This document shows positions 42,952 through 52,872 of a DNA stretch of 64,000 nucleotides, piece by piece. Under the pieces are notes generated by a model, which was not told the DNA's origin, made no database searches, and worked only from the letters and a program-made list of their open reading frames with translations. The stretch's first letter is position 1, and the number at the start of each line of letters is the position of its first letter. The stretch spans positions 320,001 to 384,000 of the forward strand of contig CAWKDB010000011.1 in NCBI GenBank assembly GCA_963848295.1. The letters run 5' to 3'. The DNA is from an uncultured delta proteobacterium. GTDB taxonomy: Bacteria > Myxococcota_A > Polyangia > Haliangiales > Haliangiaceae. The position numbers and the translations under genes were made by a program.

Positions 42952-43390
42952 ATGCGGATCAAAACGCTCATGTTCACAATGGCGCTCGCGGGGTGCAGTC
43001 ACAACGATCATGCCGGTCCCGATGCCGGCGGTGGCGACGCGGCCAACGCGTGCAAGGTGCAGGATGAGGGGAACGGCAATGCCGTACCGATCTGCACGAT
43101 GCACGCGCCACCCGACAGCTTCGATCCGGTGATCCAGTGGACGTGGAACGGCGGCGACTCGGGCGAGTCCAACAGCTACGTGAACCTCACCGACGACAGT
43201 GATCCGCGATTCGCAGGACCGCTGGATCCAAGCGCGCCGGATCTGGAACGAGCACTCGTATCACGTCACGAACGTCCGCGAGGATGGCACGATCCCGAGG
43301 GTCGAACCAAACTCGTGGCAGCAGCTCAACACGTACCGCGCGAACGCGCAGATCACCACGAACGGCGTGTGCGCGCCGCAGCTACTGTGA
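42952..43390 (+). pseudogene. Internally deleted, frameshifted paralog of the FG-GAP lipoprotein
   Basis: N-terminus (LAGC...PPDSFDP.IQW) joined out of frame to the C-terminus (IRD..DRWIQARRIWNEH). Confidence 0.85.
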
Positions 43391-43452
43391 ACCGCGAGAC
43401 GTCCCAACGACGATGAGCGCGCGGCGGCGCAGGTAGGAATAGCGGCGACTCC

Positions 43453-44166
43453 ATGCGACGTTCACCGATGATGATGCGCATGGTGGTCGCCGCGATGATC
43501 CTGTCAGCTGCGACCGAGGCGCGCGCCGGTGCATGTCTCGGCGAAGACGAGATCGTCGGCGAGATCGTACAGCTCGAAGCGTACGCGAAGGACCCGAAAG
43601 CGACGATCGACGGCTATCTGTGCGTGCGAGTCGCGTTCGGCGACGACGACGACATCGTCCCCGCGGCGCATCGCAAGAAGCTGCAAGCCCGGATCGAGAA
43701 GGCGTGCACCACGATCCTCACCCGCGATCACACCGACGCCGAATGTATCGAGCTCGCGGTCTGGCTCGGCAAGAAGTCGCTCGGGGGCGTCACGCTGTTC
43801 GACGTCGTCTCGAAGTACAAGATCGACATCTGGAGCTGGGATCGCTGGACGCCGATGTTGTGGATGCTCGGCCAGCTCGGCGACCCGCGCGGCGCGCCGA
43901 TCATCCGCGACGCGTGGACCGCCGCGATCGAGGTCGCGGCGAAGTACGAGAAGGCGCATCGCCATGGCGACATGCAGGCATGGGCGGGCTGGCGCAAGGA
44001 AGCCGCAGAGACGCTAGGCATGCTCGGCGTCGCCGCCGACAAGACCTTCCTCGAGGAACAGGCCGCGGCGACCAAGGACCGGTACGTCAAGCAGTCGTGT
44101 CTCGACGCCGCGAAGGCGATCGAACATCGGCTGTCCCTCGCGACGCCGCCCGCCGCTCGACCGTGA
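43453..44166 (+). CDS. Secreted hypothetical protein with HEAT-like C-terminus
   Basis: Signal peptide; LGQLGDPRG and AAETLGMLG. Confidence 0.65.
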   Translation: MRRSPMMMRMVVAAMILSAATEARAGACLGEDEIVGEIVQLEAYAKDPKATIDGYLCVRVAFGDDDDIVPAAHRKKLQARIEKACTTILTRDHTDAECIELAVWLGKKSLGGVTLFDVVSKYKIDIWSWDRWTPMLWMLGQLGDPRGAPIIRDAWTAAIEVAAKYEKAHRHGDMQAWAGWRKEAAETLGMLGVAADKTFLEEQAAATKDRYVKQSCLDAAKAIEHRLSLATPPAARP

Positions 44167-44181
44167 CGCGCCTGCGCGGCA

Positions 44182-44919
44182 TCACTGCGAGCAGTTGGAC
44201 CCGTTGGTCACGAAGTCGTAGTTGACCACCGCCGCGCTCGGCGCCGGCGTCGGCGTGAACGTGCAGCTCGGGGCCCCCGGGACGCATCCGGCACTGCCGG
44301 ACCGGAACGTACCGAAAGCGGTGCAGCCGGGGTCGGCGGTGGCCGTGAGGGTCGTGGTCGCCCCATTGATGAGGAAGCCGACGCACACGCCTCCAGCGGT
44401 GCAGGTCAGATCAGGATCGCAGGTATTGCAGTTGATCTCGCTCGCGGCATCGTCGACCGAGCCTTGGTCGGGGATCAGCGCGAGCCAGGCCTGCGAGCTC
44501 GGTGCGAACCGCGCGGTGACGAGGAGCTCGCCGCTCGTCGGGGCGAGGATGCAAGTCGGCCTGCCGCCGGTGTCGTTGACGTTCTGGTACAGGCACGCGT
44601 TATCCCAGAGCACGAACACGCTCGTCATCGGCGCGGCCGTCGCGGTCAGCGTGACCGTCGTACCTGCCGGATACTGGGAGATGCACTTCGTGGGCGACAT
44701 CTCGTTGCAAGTCGTGGGAGCGTTCCGCCCGTCGTCGATCGAGACCGTGCCCAGATCGCCCAGCGTGGTCACGTCGAGCTGAAACATCCCCACCGGCACG
44801 TCCCGCCCGATGTCGGCGACCACGGCGTCGCTACCGGCGAGCGGGATGTGCTCGATGCCGAACAGCTGGCCACAGCCGCCGCCGATCAACGCGAACGCGC
44901 ACGTGGCGATGATCCGCAC
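44182..44919 (-). CDS. Lipoprotein with InlB-B-repeat-like domains
   Basis: GTG at 44919, GCGQLFG lipobox; YPAGTTVTLTATA...FVLWDNAC, repeated. Confidence 0.7.
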   Translation of the reverse strand: MRIIATCAFALIGGGCGQLFGIEHIPLAGSDAVVADIGRDVPVGMFQLDVTTLGDLGTVSIDDGRNAPTTCNEMSPTKCISQYPAGTTVTLTATAAPMTSVFVLWDNACLYQNVNDTGGRPTCILAPTSGELLVTARFAPSSQAWLALIPDQGSVDDAASEINCNTCDPDLTCTAGGVCVGFLINGATTTLTATADPGCTAFGTFRSGSAGCVPGAPSCTFTPTPAPSAAVVNYDFVTNGSNCSQ

Positions 44920-45857
44920 TAGAACCTCACCGCCAGCGATAGCGACGCCGATCGGCGATCGAGGCCCGGCACGACCTCGGCGTTGCGCGGTCTGCCTACG
45001 AACCACAGCACGATGCCTGCGGCGATCGCGGCGGCCCCGATCGCGCCGGCGGCGGTCGCGACCGATGCACGCGTGGTCGCGCGATCGCTCAGCGAGACCG
45101 CGTGAGCATCGTGGCACGGCGTTCCGCTCGGGCAGGTCTGCCGCGCGTCGTTCATCAAGATCGTCGCGTCGATCAAGAGCCCGAGGCCGGTGCCCGCCGA
45201 GGCGACCCCGGCGCCGCCGAGCACGAGCGCGGCGGTGCGCAACCCCGAACGCGGCTGCGGCTCGGGACGCCGCGACACGACCGGTGCCGGCAGCGGGATC
45301 AGCGCCGGCACCACGACCCGCTCGCGATCGCCGTCGGGCTTGACCGCGATCGAAGTGCGCCACGGTGCGAAGCCCGGCGCGGTGGCCGAGATCGCGTGCC
45401 CGCCGGGATCGATCGCGATCGGCTGGCCCCATGCCGCGGCGGCCAGGGGCTTTCCGTCGCGCGCGATCACGAGCCCGGCGATCGTCGACGGCGCGACGAT
45501 CGTGATGTAGGAGAGCGCCGGCTCGAGCTCGGCGGCCCGCTTGTCGGCCTCGGCCTTGCGCTCGTCGCCGAGCTTGCCGGCGAGCCGTCCGGCTTCGACG
45601 AACGCCGCCCACGCACTGGCGGTCTGCGCGAGCTTCGCGCGGCAGTCGCCGAGGTTCAGGAACGTCCCCACCGAGGCATCGAGCGCCGCACTCGCGGCGA
45701 ACCGGTCGCAGGCTTCGGAGAGCTTGCCGTCCTTGAGCAACGCCCGTCCATCGCGGAACAGCTGCTCGGCCTCCGGGTTGGGGGGCTCGTTCAGCGGATC
45801 GCCATGCGCCGCGTGGACTGCGCACATGCACGCCGCGACCACCCAAAACAGCCGCAT
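44919..45857 (-). CDS. TPR/PEGA-like myxobacterial surface protein
   Basis: AEQLFRDGRALL...ACDRFAAS...GTFLNLGDC; IDPGGHAISATAPG; C-terminal hydrophobic segments. Confidence 0.75.
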   Translation of the reverse strand: MRLFWVVAACMCAVHAAHGDPLNEPPNPEAEQLFRDGRALLKDGKLSEACDRFAASAALDASVGTFLNLGDCRAKLAQTASAWAAFVEAGRLAGKLGDERKAEADKRAAELEPALSYITIVAPSTIAGLVIARDGKPLAAAAWGQPIAIDPGGHAISATAPGFAPWRTSIAVKPDGDRERVVVPALIPLPAPVVSRRPEPQPRSGLRTAALVLGGAGVASAGTGLGLLIDATILMNDARQTCPSGTPCHDAHAVSLSDRATTRASVATAAGAIGAAAIAAGIVLWFVGRPRNAEVVPGLDRRSASLSLAVRF

Positions 45858-45915
45858 CCTGTCCAGGCTGGCGCGTCCGACCGCGAAACACAAGCGACGA
45901 ACGGCGACGACCGAC

Positions 45916-45931
45916 CGGCATCGCCCGTGCA
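45916..45931 (+). promoter_or_regulatory. Sigma54 promoter
   Basis: CGGCATCGCCCGTGCA. Confidence 0.55.
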
Positions 45932-45943
45932 ACCGCAAAGGGG

Positions 45944-47215
45944 ATGGCGAGCCGCGCAACCATCGTGTGGTGTTTCGCGACCATCGCAGCCGGCTGCGGC
46001 GGCGGTGGTGTAGCGAAGCCCGACGCCCCCGCCACTCTCGACGCCGGCGCCCCGGATGCGGCCCCGTCGTTGACCGAGCTGTGTGGCCCGTTCGAGTCGG
46101 GCGCCGAGTGGCAGCGCTGCTCGGCGAACCCGCTCGTCACCGGCATGCGCCCGTCGTCCGACGGCCGGATCGAGCTGACCGAAGCCGATCCGACCGTGAT
46201 GTTCGATCCCGACGATCACCTGTGGAAAGCGTGGTGGTCGGTCGTGATCACGTCGGACTGCATGACGATCGGCACGCCGACCGACGATCACGAAGTCGAC
46301 ATCAAGTACGCCGAGAGCAGCGACGGCGTCCATTGGTCGATCCAAGCCGAGCCCGTGATGCGCTCGCACGGCGCGTCGACCGCATGGGACTACACGACGG
46401 TCGAGACCCCGACCGTGGTCAAGGACGACTCCGCCCCGGCCGCTCAGCGCTACGCGATGATCTATTCCGGCGGCAACAACGCCGCCCTGATGATCCTCGG
46501 CCAGACCGGTTGGCAGGTCGGCCTCGCTTATTCGCCCGACGGCAAGACGTTCACGCGTCTGCCCGCCGCCGATTCTCCGTATGCGTCCGCGGCGACGCCA
46601 TTTCAAGACATCACCGGCCTGGTGTTGCTCGCGAGCGACGCGTTTCCCTCGCTGACGAACCTCGGGCCCGGCATCATCGCCGATCCCGAGCTGCACAAGC
46701 GCGGCGACACCTGGCACCTGTGGTTCTCGTCGCTCGCGATGTCGAGCGATGGCCAGACCGCGCTCGCGTACGGCGTGTCGCACGCGACCTCGACCGATCT
46801 CGTGCACTGGACGATGACGCCGACCAATCCGGTCATCGCCGGCGCGGCGACGCCCGCGGTGTACGACGACGGGACGTCGTACGAGCTGTGGTTTCACCAG
46901 GACTCGACGGCGGACAAAGCGACGGTCCCGAGCGTCTTGTATCCGACGCTCGGCGTCTGGCACGTGACCTCGACCGACGGCGTCACGTGGACCGCGCCGG
47001 GCGCGACGCGTGACTTCACGTGGGATTCGCAAGCCACGTACGAGACGTATGGCCAGCTGCCCGGCGTCGCGATCGCCCACGATCCGATCGGACCGTTGCG
47101 CATGTATTACTCGGCCTGGGGATCGGTCCCCGCGCCGGCGGGATCTTGCGTGTACACGCAAGCCGGTACGGTGCCGGGCACCGATAACCTGCTGCTCGCG
47201 GTTCGAGCAGAGTGA
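45944..47215 (+). CDS. Five-bladed beta-propeller glycoside-hydrolase-like lipoprotein
   Basis: Lipobox AAGC; repeated ADP / YAESSDGVHW / STDLVHW / STDGVTW. Confidence 0.7.
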   Translation: MASRATIVWCFATIAAGCGGGGVAKPDAPATLDAGAPDAAPSLTELCGPFESGAEWQRCSANPLVTGMRPSSDGRIELTEADPTVMFDPDDHLWKAWWSVVITSDCMTIGTPTDDHEVDIKYAESSDGVHWSIQAEPVMRSHGASTAWDYTTVETPTVVKDDSAPAAQRYAMIYSGGNNAALMILGQTGWQVGLAYSPDGKTFTRLPAADSPYASAATPFQDITGLVLLASDAFPSLTNLGPGIIADPELHKRGDTWHLWFSSLAMSSDGQTALAYGVSHATSTDLVHWTMTPTNPVIAGAATPAVYDDGTSYELWFHQDSTADKATVPSVLYPTLGVWHVTSTDGVTWTAPGATRDFTWDSQATYETYGQLPGVAIAHDPIGPLRMYYSAWGSVPAPAGSCVYTQAGTVPGTDNLLLAVRAE

Positions 47216-47386
47216 ACTTTCCCGGGAGCGGTCGATTACCTGGTCATGTCGACGAACCGTGATGCGATCGCGTGGTGGCTATGCGGACTGGTGGCGGTAG
47301 CGACCGGCCGGGTGCGGCTCAACGATGTGGCCCTCGAGCTCGCCCGCGTGTCGCAGCTGGCGTGCGCCTAGCCGTATAGTGGCGGC

Positions 47387-48604
47387 GTGGAGACCGCCGA
47401 CCAGCAGTGGCAACGCTATCGCCGCGCGCTCTCGGCCGAGCGCCTGCCCGCTGCGCTCGTCGACCTCGACGCGTTCGAGCGCAACATCGATCGCATGGTC
47501 GAGCCGCTGCGCGCGGCGGGCAAGCGACTGCGGATCGCCACGAAGTCGTTGCGTTGCCCCGCGCTCGTCGAGCGCGTGCGCGAGCGCGCCGGCGAGCTCG
47601 CGATCGGCTTGATGACGTACACCGCCGGCGAGACGGCGTGGTGGGCCCGCCACGGGGCCACCGACCTGCTGCTCGCGTATCCGACGGTCCGGTCGGCGGA
47701 CACCGACGATCTCGCGGTCGCGAACCGCTCCGCGACGGCGGCGGTGGTCGTCGATCACCGCGACCAGGTCAGCGCGATCGCGACCGCAGCGCGGCGCGCG
47801 GGGACGATCGTGCCGCTCGTGATCGAGCTCGACGTGTCGTGGCGTCCGCTCGGGGCGATGCACGTGGGCGCGAGACGCAGCCCGCTGCGCACGGCGGCGG
47901 CGGTCGTCGAGCTCGCGCGCATCATCGCCGCGACCGAAGGCACCAAGCTCGCCGGCGTGATGGGCTACGAAGCGCACATCGCCGGCACGACCGACGCCGG
48001 ACCGTTCCATCGCTGGCAACACGGGGCGCGGCGGGTCGTCAAACGCTTGTCGCGCGGTCCGGTCGAGGAGGCGCGAGCCGACGTCGCGCGCGCGCTCGCC
48101 GACGCCGGGCTGCCGGCCGCGTTGTTCAACGGCGGCGGGACTGGTTCGGTCGCGTGGGCCGCCGCCGACCCGACGCTGACCGAGGTCACGATCGGCAGCG
48201 GGTTCGTCGACTCGCTGTTGTTCGATCAGTATCGCGGGCTCGAGCTCGAGCCCGCAGCGTGCTTCGCGTTGCAAGTCGTGCGGCGCCCTGCCCCGTGGCT
48301 CGTCACCTGCCACGGTGGCGGGTTCATCGCCTCGGGAGACGGCGGACCGGATCGGTTGCCGCGGCCGTGGCTGCCCGAGGGCTGCACCCTGCTCGCGCTC
48401 GAAGGTGCGGGCGAAGTTCAGACCCCGGTCGCGTTGCCCGAGCACGGCGCGATCGAGATCACACTCGGCGATCCGATCCTGTTCCGCCACGCGAAAGCCG
48501 GCGAGCTCGCCGAGCACTTCGATCACTACCTGCTCGTGCGCGGCGACGCGATCGTCGAGCGCGCGCCGACGTGGCGCGGTTTGCAGCAATGCTTTCTTGG
48601 CTGA
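47387..48604 (+). CDS. Alanine-racemase-fold PLP enzyme (DSD1/amino-acid aldolase-like)
   Basis: RIATKSLRC, GVMGYEAH, NGGGTGS, GAGEVQTP, FRHAKAGE. Confidence 0.88.
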   Translation: METADQQWQRYRRALSAERLPAALVDLDAFERNIDRMVEPLRAAGKRLRIATKSLRCPALVERVRERAGELAIGLMTYTAGETAWWARHGATDLLLAYPTVRSADTDDLAVANRSATAAVVVDHRDQVSAIATAARRAGTIVPLVIELDVSWRPLGAMHVGARRSPLRTAAAVVELARIIAATEGTKLAGVMGYEAHIAGTTDAGPFHRWQHGARRVVKRLSRGPVEEARADVARALADAGLPAALFNGGGTGSVAWAAADPTLTEVTIGSGFVDSLLFDQYRGLELEPAACFALQVVRRPAPWLVTCHGGGFIASGDGGPDRLPRPWLPEGCTLLALEGAGEVQTPVALPEHGAIEITLGDPILFRHAKAGELAEHFDHYLLVRGDAIVERAPTWRGLQQCFLG

Positions 48605-48621
48605 GTGCTACATTGCTGGCG

Positions 48622-50631
48622 ATGCAGCGGAGGCGCGCGGCGCACATCGTCGTCGGGGGCATCCTCGCGACCGCGGGCTGTTCCGGATCGAAGGTCGCGC
48701 CGACTCAGCTGTCGATGTCGTTCGCGCGCACTTCGTTCTACGACGCGCCATTCCCGTCTGACGATCTCGTGACCTCGACCGGCACGATCGATCTATCGGG
48801 CCTACCCGATCCCGACATGCCGATGCTGATGGAGCAAGCACGCGGCCTGCTCGCGACGGCCGACGGTTTCGCCCAAACGGGCGCGGTGTTCTTCCGCGCG
48901 ACCGCGGCACTCGATCCGACGACGCTGCCCGATCTCGCCGGCTCGGTCGCGAGCGATGCGGCGGTCTACCTCGTCGCGATCGATCCCGCGCAGCCCGATT
49001 ACATGGTGAAGAAGCCGATCGACATCGCGTACGTCCCCGACGGCGGACCGTTCGGCGCGACGTTCATGCTCTCGCTGTTACCGTTGCAGGGCTCGCCCCT
49101 CGGCGCTGGCGAAACCTATGCGGCGGTCGTCACGACCTCGGTGACCGACGCGACCGGCCAAGCCCTCCTGCCATCCGACGCGATGACCGCGCTCGCGGCC
49201 GGCGGCGCGCCCGATGGCCTGTCCGGCGATGCCCTCGCTCACTATCAAGCCGCGATCACGGCGATCACCGCAGCGGGCTCCGATGCCTCCACGATCGCCG
49301 GGCTCGCGGTGTTCACGACCGAGCACGCCGCCGCCGGACTCGACGCCGTGCGCGCCGATGCGCTCGCACTGACCCCGCCGACGATCAGCGCGCCGACGCC
49401 GAGCGACGTGTTCGACGACTACTGCGTGTTCGACGCGATGATCGCGATGCCCGACTATCAGACCGGCACGCCGCCGTACACGAACGACGGCGGCGGCTGG
49501 TCGTACGATGCGACCGGCAAGCCGATCGTCGACCACAGCGAGATGGCGCGCGTCGTGTTCACGATCCCGAAAGCTCCGACGCCGCCCGGCGGATGGCCGC
49601 TCGTACTGTTCGTGCGCACCGGTGGCGGCGGCGATCGCCCGCTAGTCGATCGCGGTGTGTGCTCGACGCCCGACTTCACGGCGCCGATCACCCCGGGCTC
49701 GGGGCCCGCGATGGACCTCGCCCAGGTCGGCTACGCCGGGGTCATGGTCGACGGCCCACTCGGCGGCATTCGCAACCCGAACGGCGCGGATGAAGAGTTC
49801 CTGATCTTCAACATCGAGAACGCGGCGGCGTTGCGCGACAACGTGCGCGAAAGTGCGGTCGAGCTCGCGCTGTTCCGCCACGTCGTCGGCCCGTTCACGT
49901 TCGATGCATCGAGCTGTCCGGGCGCCGGACAAGTCGCGTTCGACGAGTCGCACGTCGCGATCATGGGGCACTCGATGGGTGCGTGGATCGCGCCGCTGGT
50001 GGTCGCGACCGATCCGAGCGACTTCGGCCCGTCGGTGCTGTCCGGCGCGGGCGCGAGCTTCATCGCGAACATGCTCGACAAGCAGAAGCCGATCGAGGTC
50101 GATTTCATCATCGCGTCGCTGCTCGACTACCCGAGTCATGGCTATCAGATCGATCGCCACGATCCCGGCCTGTCGATCCTGCAGTGGGCCGCCGAGCCCG
50201 CCGATCCGCAGGTCTACACGCCGTCGATCGTCCACGGCGCGACCCCGCACTCGGTGCTGATGATCCAGGGCATCGTCGATCACTACATCCTGCCGTCGAT
50301 CGCGAACTCGACGAGCCTGTCGCTCGGGCTCGACGAAGCCGGCACCGCGTACGACGCGACGAACGCCGAGCTCCAGGGTCTCGATCAACCGGTGCTCGGC
50401 CCATTGCTTCCGCTCGTCGGCCGAAGCGCGATCGCCGAGCCGGTCACCGGCAATATCTCGGGCTCGACCACCGCGGTGGTCGTCCAGCACCCCGGCGACG
50501 CGATCGAAGACGGGCACGAGGTCATGTTCCAGACCGAGCCGCCGAAACATCAATACCGTTGCTTCTTGAAGTCGTGGCTCACCGGCACGCCGACCGTTCC
50601 GCCCGACGGTGCCGAGCTCGATCCGTGTTGA
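48622..50631 (+). CDS. Secreted alpha/beta-hydrolase lipoprotein
   Basis: ATG at 48622, ATAGC lipobox, nucleophile elbow GHSMG. Confidence 0.75.
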   Translation: MQRRRAAHIVVGGILATAGCSGSKVAPTQLSMSFARTSFYDAPFPSDDLVTSTGTIDLSGLPDPDMPMLMEQARGLLATADGFAQTGAVFFRATAALDPTTLPDLAGSVASDAAVYLVAIDPAQPDYMVKKPIDIAYVPDGGPFGATFMLSLLPLQGSPLGAGETYAAVVTTSVTDATGQALLPSDAMTALAAGGAPDGLSGDALAHYQAAITAITAAGSDASTIAGLAVFTTEHAAAGLDAVRADALALTPPTISAPTPSDVFDDYCVFDAMIAMPDYQTGTPPYTNDGGGWSYDATGKPIVDHSEMARVVFTIPKAPTPPGGWPLVLFVRTGGGGDRPLVDRGVCSTPDFTAPITPGSGPAMDLAQVGYAGVMVDGPLGGIRNPNGADEEFLIFNIENAAALRDNVRESAVELALFRHVVGPFTFDASSCPGAGQVAFDESHVAIMGHSMGAWIAPLVVATDPSDFGPSVLSGAGASFIANMLDKQKPIEVDFIIASLLDYPSHGYQIDRHDPGLSILQWAAEPADPQVYTPSIVHGATPHSVLMIQGIVDHYILPSIANSTSLSLGLDEAGTAYDATNAELQGLDQPVLGPLLPLVGRSAIAEPVTGNISGSTTAVVVQHPGDAIEDGHEVMFQTEPPKHQYRCFLKSWLTGTPTVPPDGAELDPC

Positions 50632-50635
50632 TGCG

Positions 50636-51184
50636 CTACCAGCGATAAGCGCTCGCGAGTGAGAGCGCGACCGCGTAGTCACCGTTGCTGTCGAACGCGA
50701 CCTCCGCGGTCGGGCGCACGCGAAAGTGCGCGGTGCCGATATCGAGCCCGAGGCGCGGCACGATCTCGGCGTTGGTCGTGCGCAGGTTGTCGGAGTCGTC
50801 CATCAAGCGCTCGTGGCGGACGCCGAGGTCGACGCCGACTACCAAGCAGGCGAACCTGCGCGCGCTGCACACCGGTGATTCGAGGCCGACGCGCGCGTCG
50901 AGATAGTCGTTCGATCCGCCGCCCCCGTCGACGTCGGCCATCCCGCCCTGCGCGAGCAGCACGTGCGCCCACAACCGCGGGTCGCCGAGCCGGATCCCGC
51001 CCTCGAGCTCGAACGCGCCGTACGCCACGCCGCTCGCGCCGCCGTTGTACGCGGCGCCCAGCGCGACACCTCCGCCGAGATACGCGGTGGATGGCGCCGG
51101 CACCGACGCGACGATCGAGGGTTCGGCCGAAGCGACGCTCGCGGTGACCGCGAGCACGGAACTTACCAAGATAAGGGTTCGCAT
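50636..51184 (-). CDS. Small outer-membrane beta-barrel-like protein
   Basis: Signal peptide, amphipathic strands, C-terminal AYRW. Confidence 0.65.
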   Translation of the reverse strand: MRTLILVSSVLAVTASVASAEPSIVASVPAPSTAYLGGGVALGAAYNGGASGVAYGAFELEGGIRLGDPRLWAHVLLAQGGMADVDGGGGSNDYLDARVGLESPVCSARRFACLVVGVDLGVRHERLMDDSDNLRTTNAEIVPRLGLDIGTAHFRVRPTAEVAFDSNGDYAVALSLASAYRW

Positions 51185-51798
51185 TAGTTTCCTGAGGTGG
51201 CAGAGGTCTGTCGTTCGAGGTTGTCGCTACCAGGTGAGGCGCTCGACAATGCGAGGGCGACGCCGAAGCCACCGTCGCTGGCCAACGCGACCTCCGCACT
51301 CGGGCGCACGCGAAAGTGTGCGTTGCCGACGTTGAAGCCGAGGCGAGGCACGACCACCGCTGTGTTCGCGTTGAGATCCTCGGTGTCGATCATCGCGCTG
51401 CCGACCGCTGTCAGATGTTCGTGGCGGGCGCCGACATCGACACCGAGGAAGAAGCATGCGATCGAGTGCGCGCTGCAGATCGGCCCTTCGATACCGACGC
51501 GGGCCTCGACGTAGTCGTTCGAGGTCGGGTAGCTCTCGTCGTCGAGGTTTGTCATCCCGCCGATCGCGAGCAAAGCGTGAGCCCAGGCGTGCGAGTTGCC
51601 GACCCGGAACCCGCCTTCGATCTCGAACGCGCCGTAAAGCCCGCCACCGGCGTCGCTGTGAACGCCGCCGAGCACGACGCCACCGCCGACGTACGACGCA
51701 GGCTCTTCGGTGATCGCAGCGACGAGACCAGGAAGCTGCGCAGCCGCGACGCCACATGTGGCGGCGACTACCAAGCTAACGACCGACGCTTGCCGCAT
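51184..51798 (-). CDS. Tandem paralog beta-barrel-like protein, probable frameshift at the C-terminus
   Basis: Shares YGAFE.EGG, NDY..ARVG.E.P.CS and HFRVRP.AEVA; ...ACC TGG TAG lies in a shifted frame ending at 51227. Confidence 0.65.
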   Translation of the reverse strand: MRQASVVSLVVAATCGVAAAQLPGLVAAITEEPASYVGGGVVLGGVHSDAGGGLYGAFEIEGGFRVGNSHAWAHALLAIGGMTNLDDESYPTSNDYVEARVGIEGPICSAHSIACFFLGVDVGARHEHLTAVGSAMIDTEDLNANTAVVVPRLGFNVGNAHFRVRPSAEVALASDGGFGVALALSSASPGSDNLERQTSATSGN

Positions 51799-51810
51799 GA
51801 CCTGACCACC

Positions 51811-51826
51811 AGCAATGGTCGGACCA
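51811..51826 (-). promoter_or_regulatory. Sigma54-like promoter
   Basis: TGGTCCGACCATTGCT on the minus strand. Confidence 0.5.
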
Positions 51827-51958
51827 AGGTCTAACTGGCTGCGATCCGGTCGCTCGCGCTGATCACAGAGCGCCGAAGTCTGACATTCGTGTCGGCGCGC
51901 GTCGGAAAACCAGGGGCGAGCGATTGCCCCACCGTGCCGCTTCTCGCCGAGGTCGCGA

Positions 51959-52795
51959 TCAGCTGGCGCGCGACACGAGCGCGACGATCTGATCGTGAAG
52001 CACGCCGTTACTTGCCAACGCAGCGCCGCGCTCGAGTACGAGTGGCTCGCCGCGCCAACCGGTGCACTTGCCGCCGGCTTCCTCGACGAGCAACGAGCCC
52101 GCCGCGAGATCCCACGGCTTGAGCTTCATCTCCCAATAACCGTCGAACGTGCCGGTCGCGACCATCGCGAGATCGAGCGCCGCCGAGCCGTAGCGCCGCA
52201 CGCCGCGGACCTTGAGCTTGACCGCCATGAACTGCGCGAAGTTGTTGTCGGGCGACGTCGCGCGATCCGACGGGAAGCCGGTGCCGAGCACGGCGCGGTC
52301 GAGCGCCGCGGTGTCGGAGACCGCGAGCTTGTTGCCGTTGCAGAACGCGCCGCCGCCGCGCACCGCGGTGAACGTCGCGCCGAGCACCGGCGCGTGGACC
52401 ACGCCGACATCGACTCTGCCGTTCACCGAGCGCGCGATCGCGACGCAGAAGAACGGCAGGCCGTGCGCGAAGTTCGTCGTGCCGTCGAGCGGATCGACGT
52501 ACCAGATCGCGCCGTCGCGATCGCCGTCTTGCCCGCCGCCCTCTTCCGCGATCACGCGATCCCCGGGAAACGCACCGCCGAGCCGATCGACGAGCAGGGC
52601 TTCGGACCGGCGGTCGAAGTCGGTGACGAGGTCGAACTCGCCGGCTTTCGTCGCGGCGCGCTGGCGCAACCCGAGCAGCGCGGCCGGGCCACCGGCAAAT
52701 CCACTAGCCAGTAACGCGCCCGCCTCCCGCGCGGCGGCTACAGCGACCTCGAGCGCGCGCTGCGGATCGGCGATGGTCGGCACGGGCGCGGACAT
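51959..52795 (-). CDS. suhB: Inositol monophosphatase
   Basis: DLVT..DR.SE, WYVDPLDGTTNF, RRYGSAALDL, WDLAAG. Confidence 0.92.
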   Translation of the reverse strand: MSAPVPTIADPQRALEVAVAAAREAGALLASGFAGGPAALLGLRQRAATKAGEFDLVTDFDRRSEALLVDRLGGAFPGDRVIAEEGGGQDGDRDGAIWYVDPLDGTTNFAHGLPFFCVAIARSVNGRVDVGVVHAPVLGATFTAVRGGGAFCNGNKLAVSDTAALDRAVLGTGFPSDRATSPDNNFAQFMAVKLKVRGVRRYGSAALDLAMVATGTFDGYWEMKLKPWDLAAGSLLVEEAGGKCTGWRGEPLVLERGAALASNGVLHDQIVALVSRAS

Positions 52796-52872
52796 TGGCA
52801 CGATCTGGCACCCCGGGGGACCCCGTGATCCGTCTTCCATCTGGAAGGGGCTTCGTGATACGCCCCCCGGCG

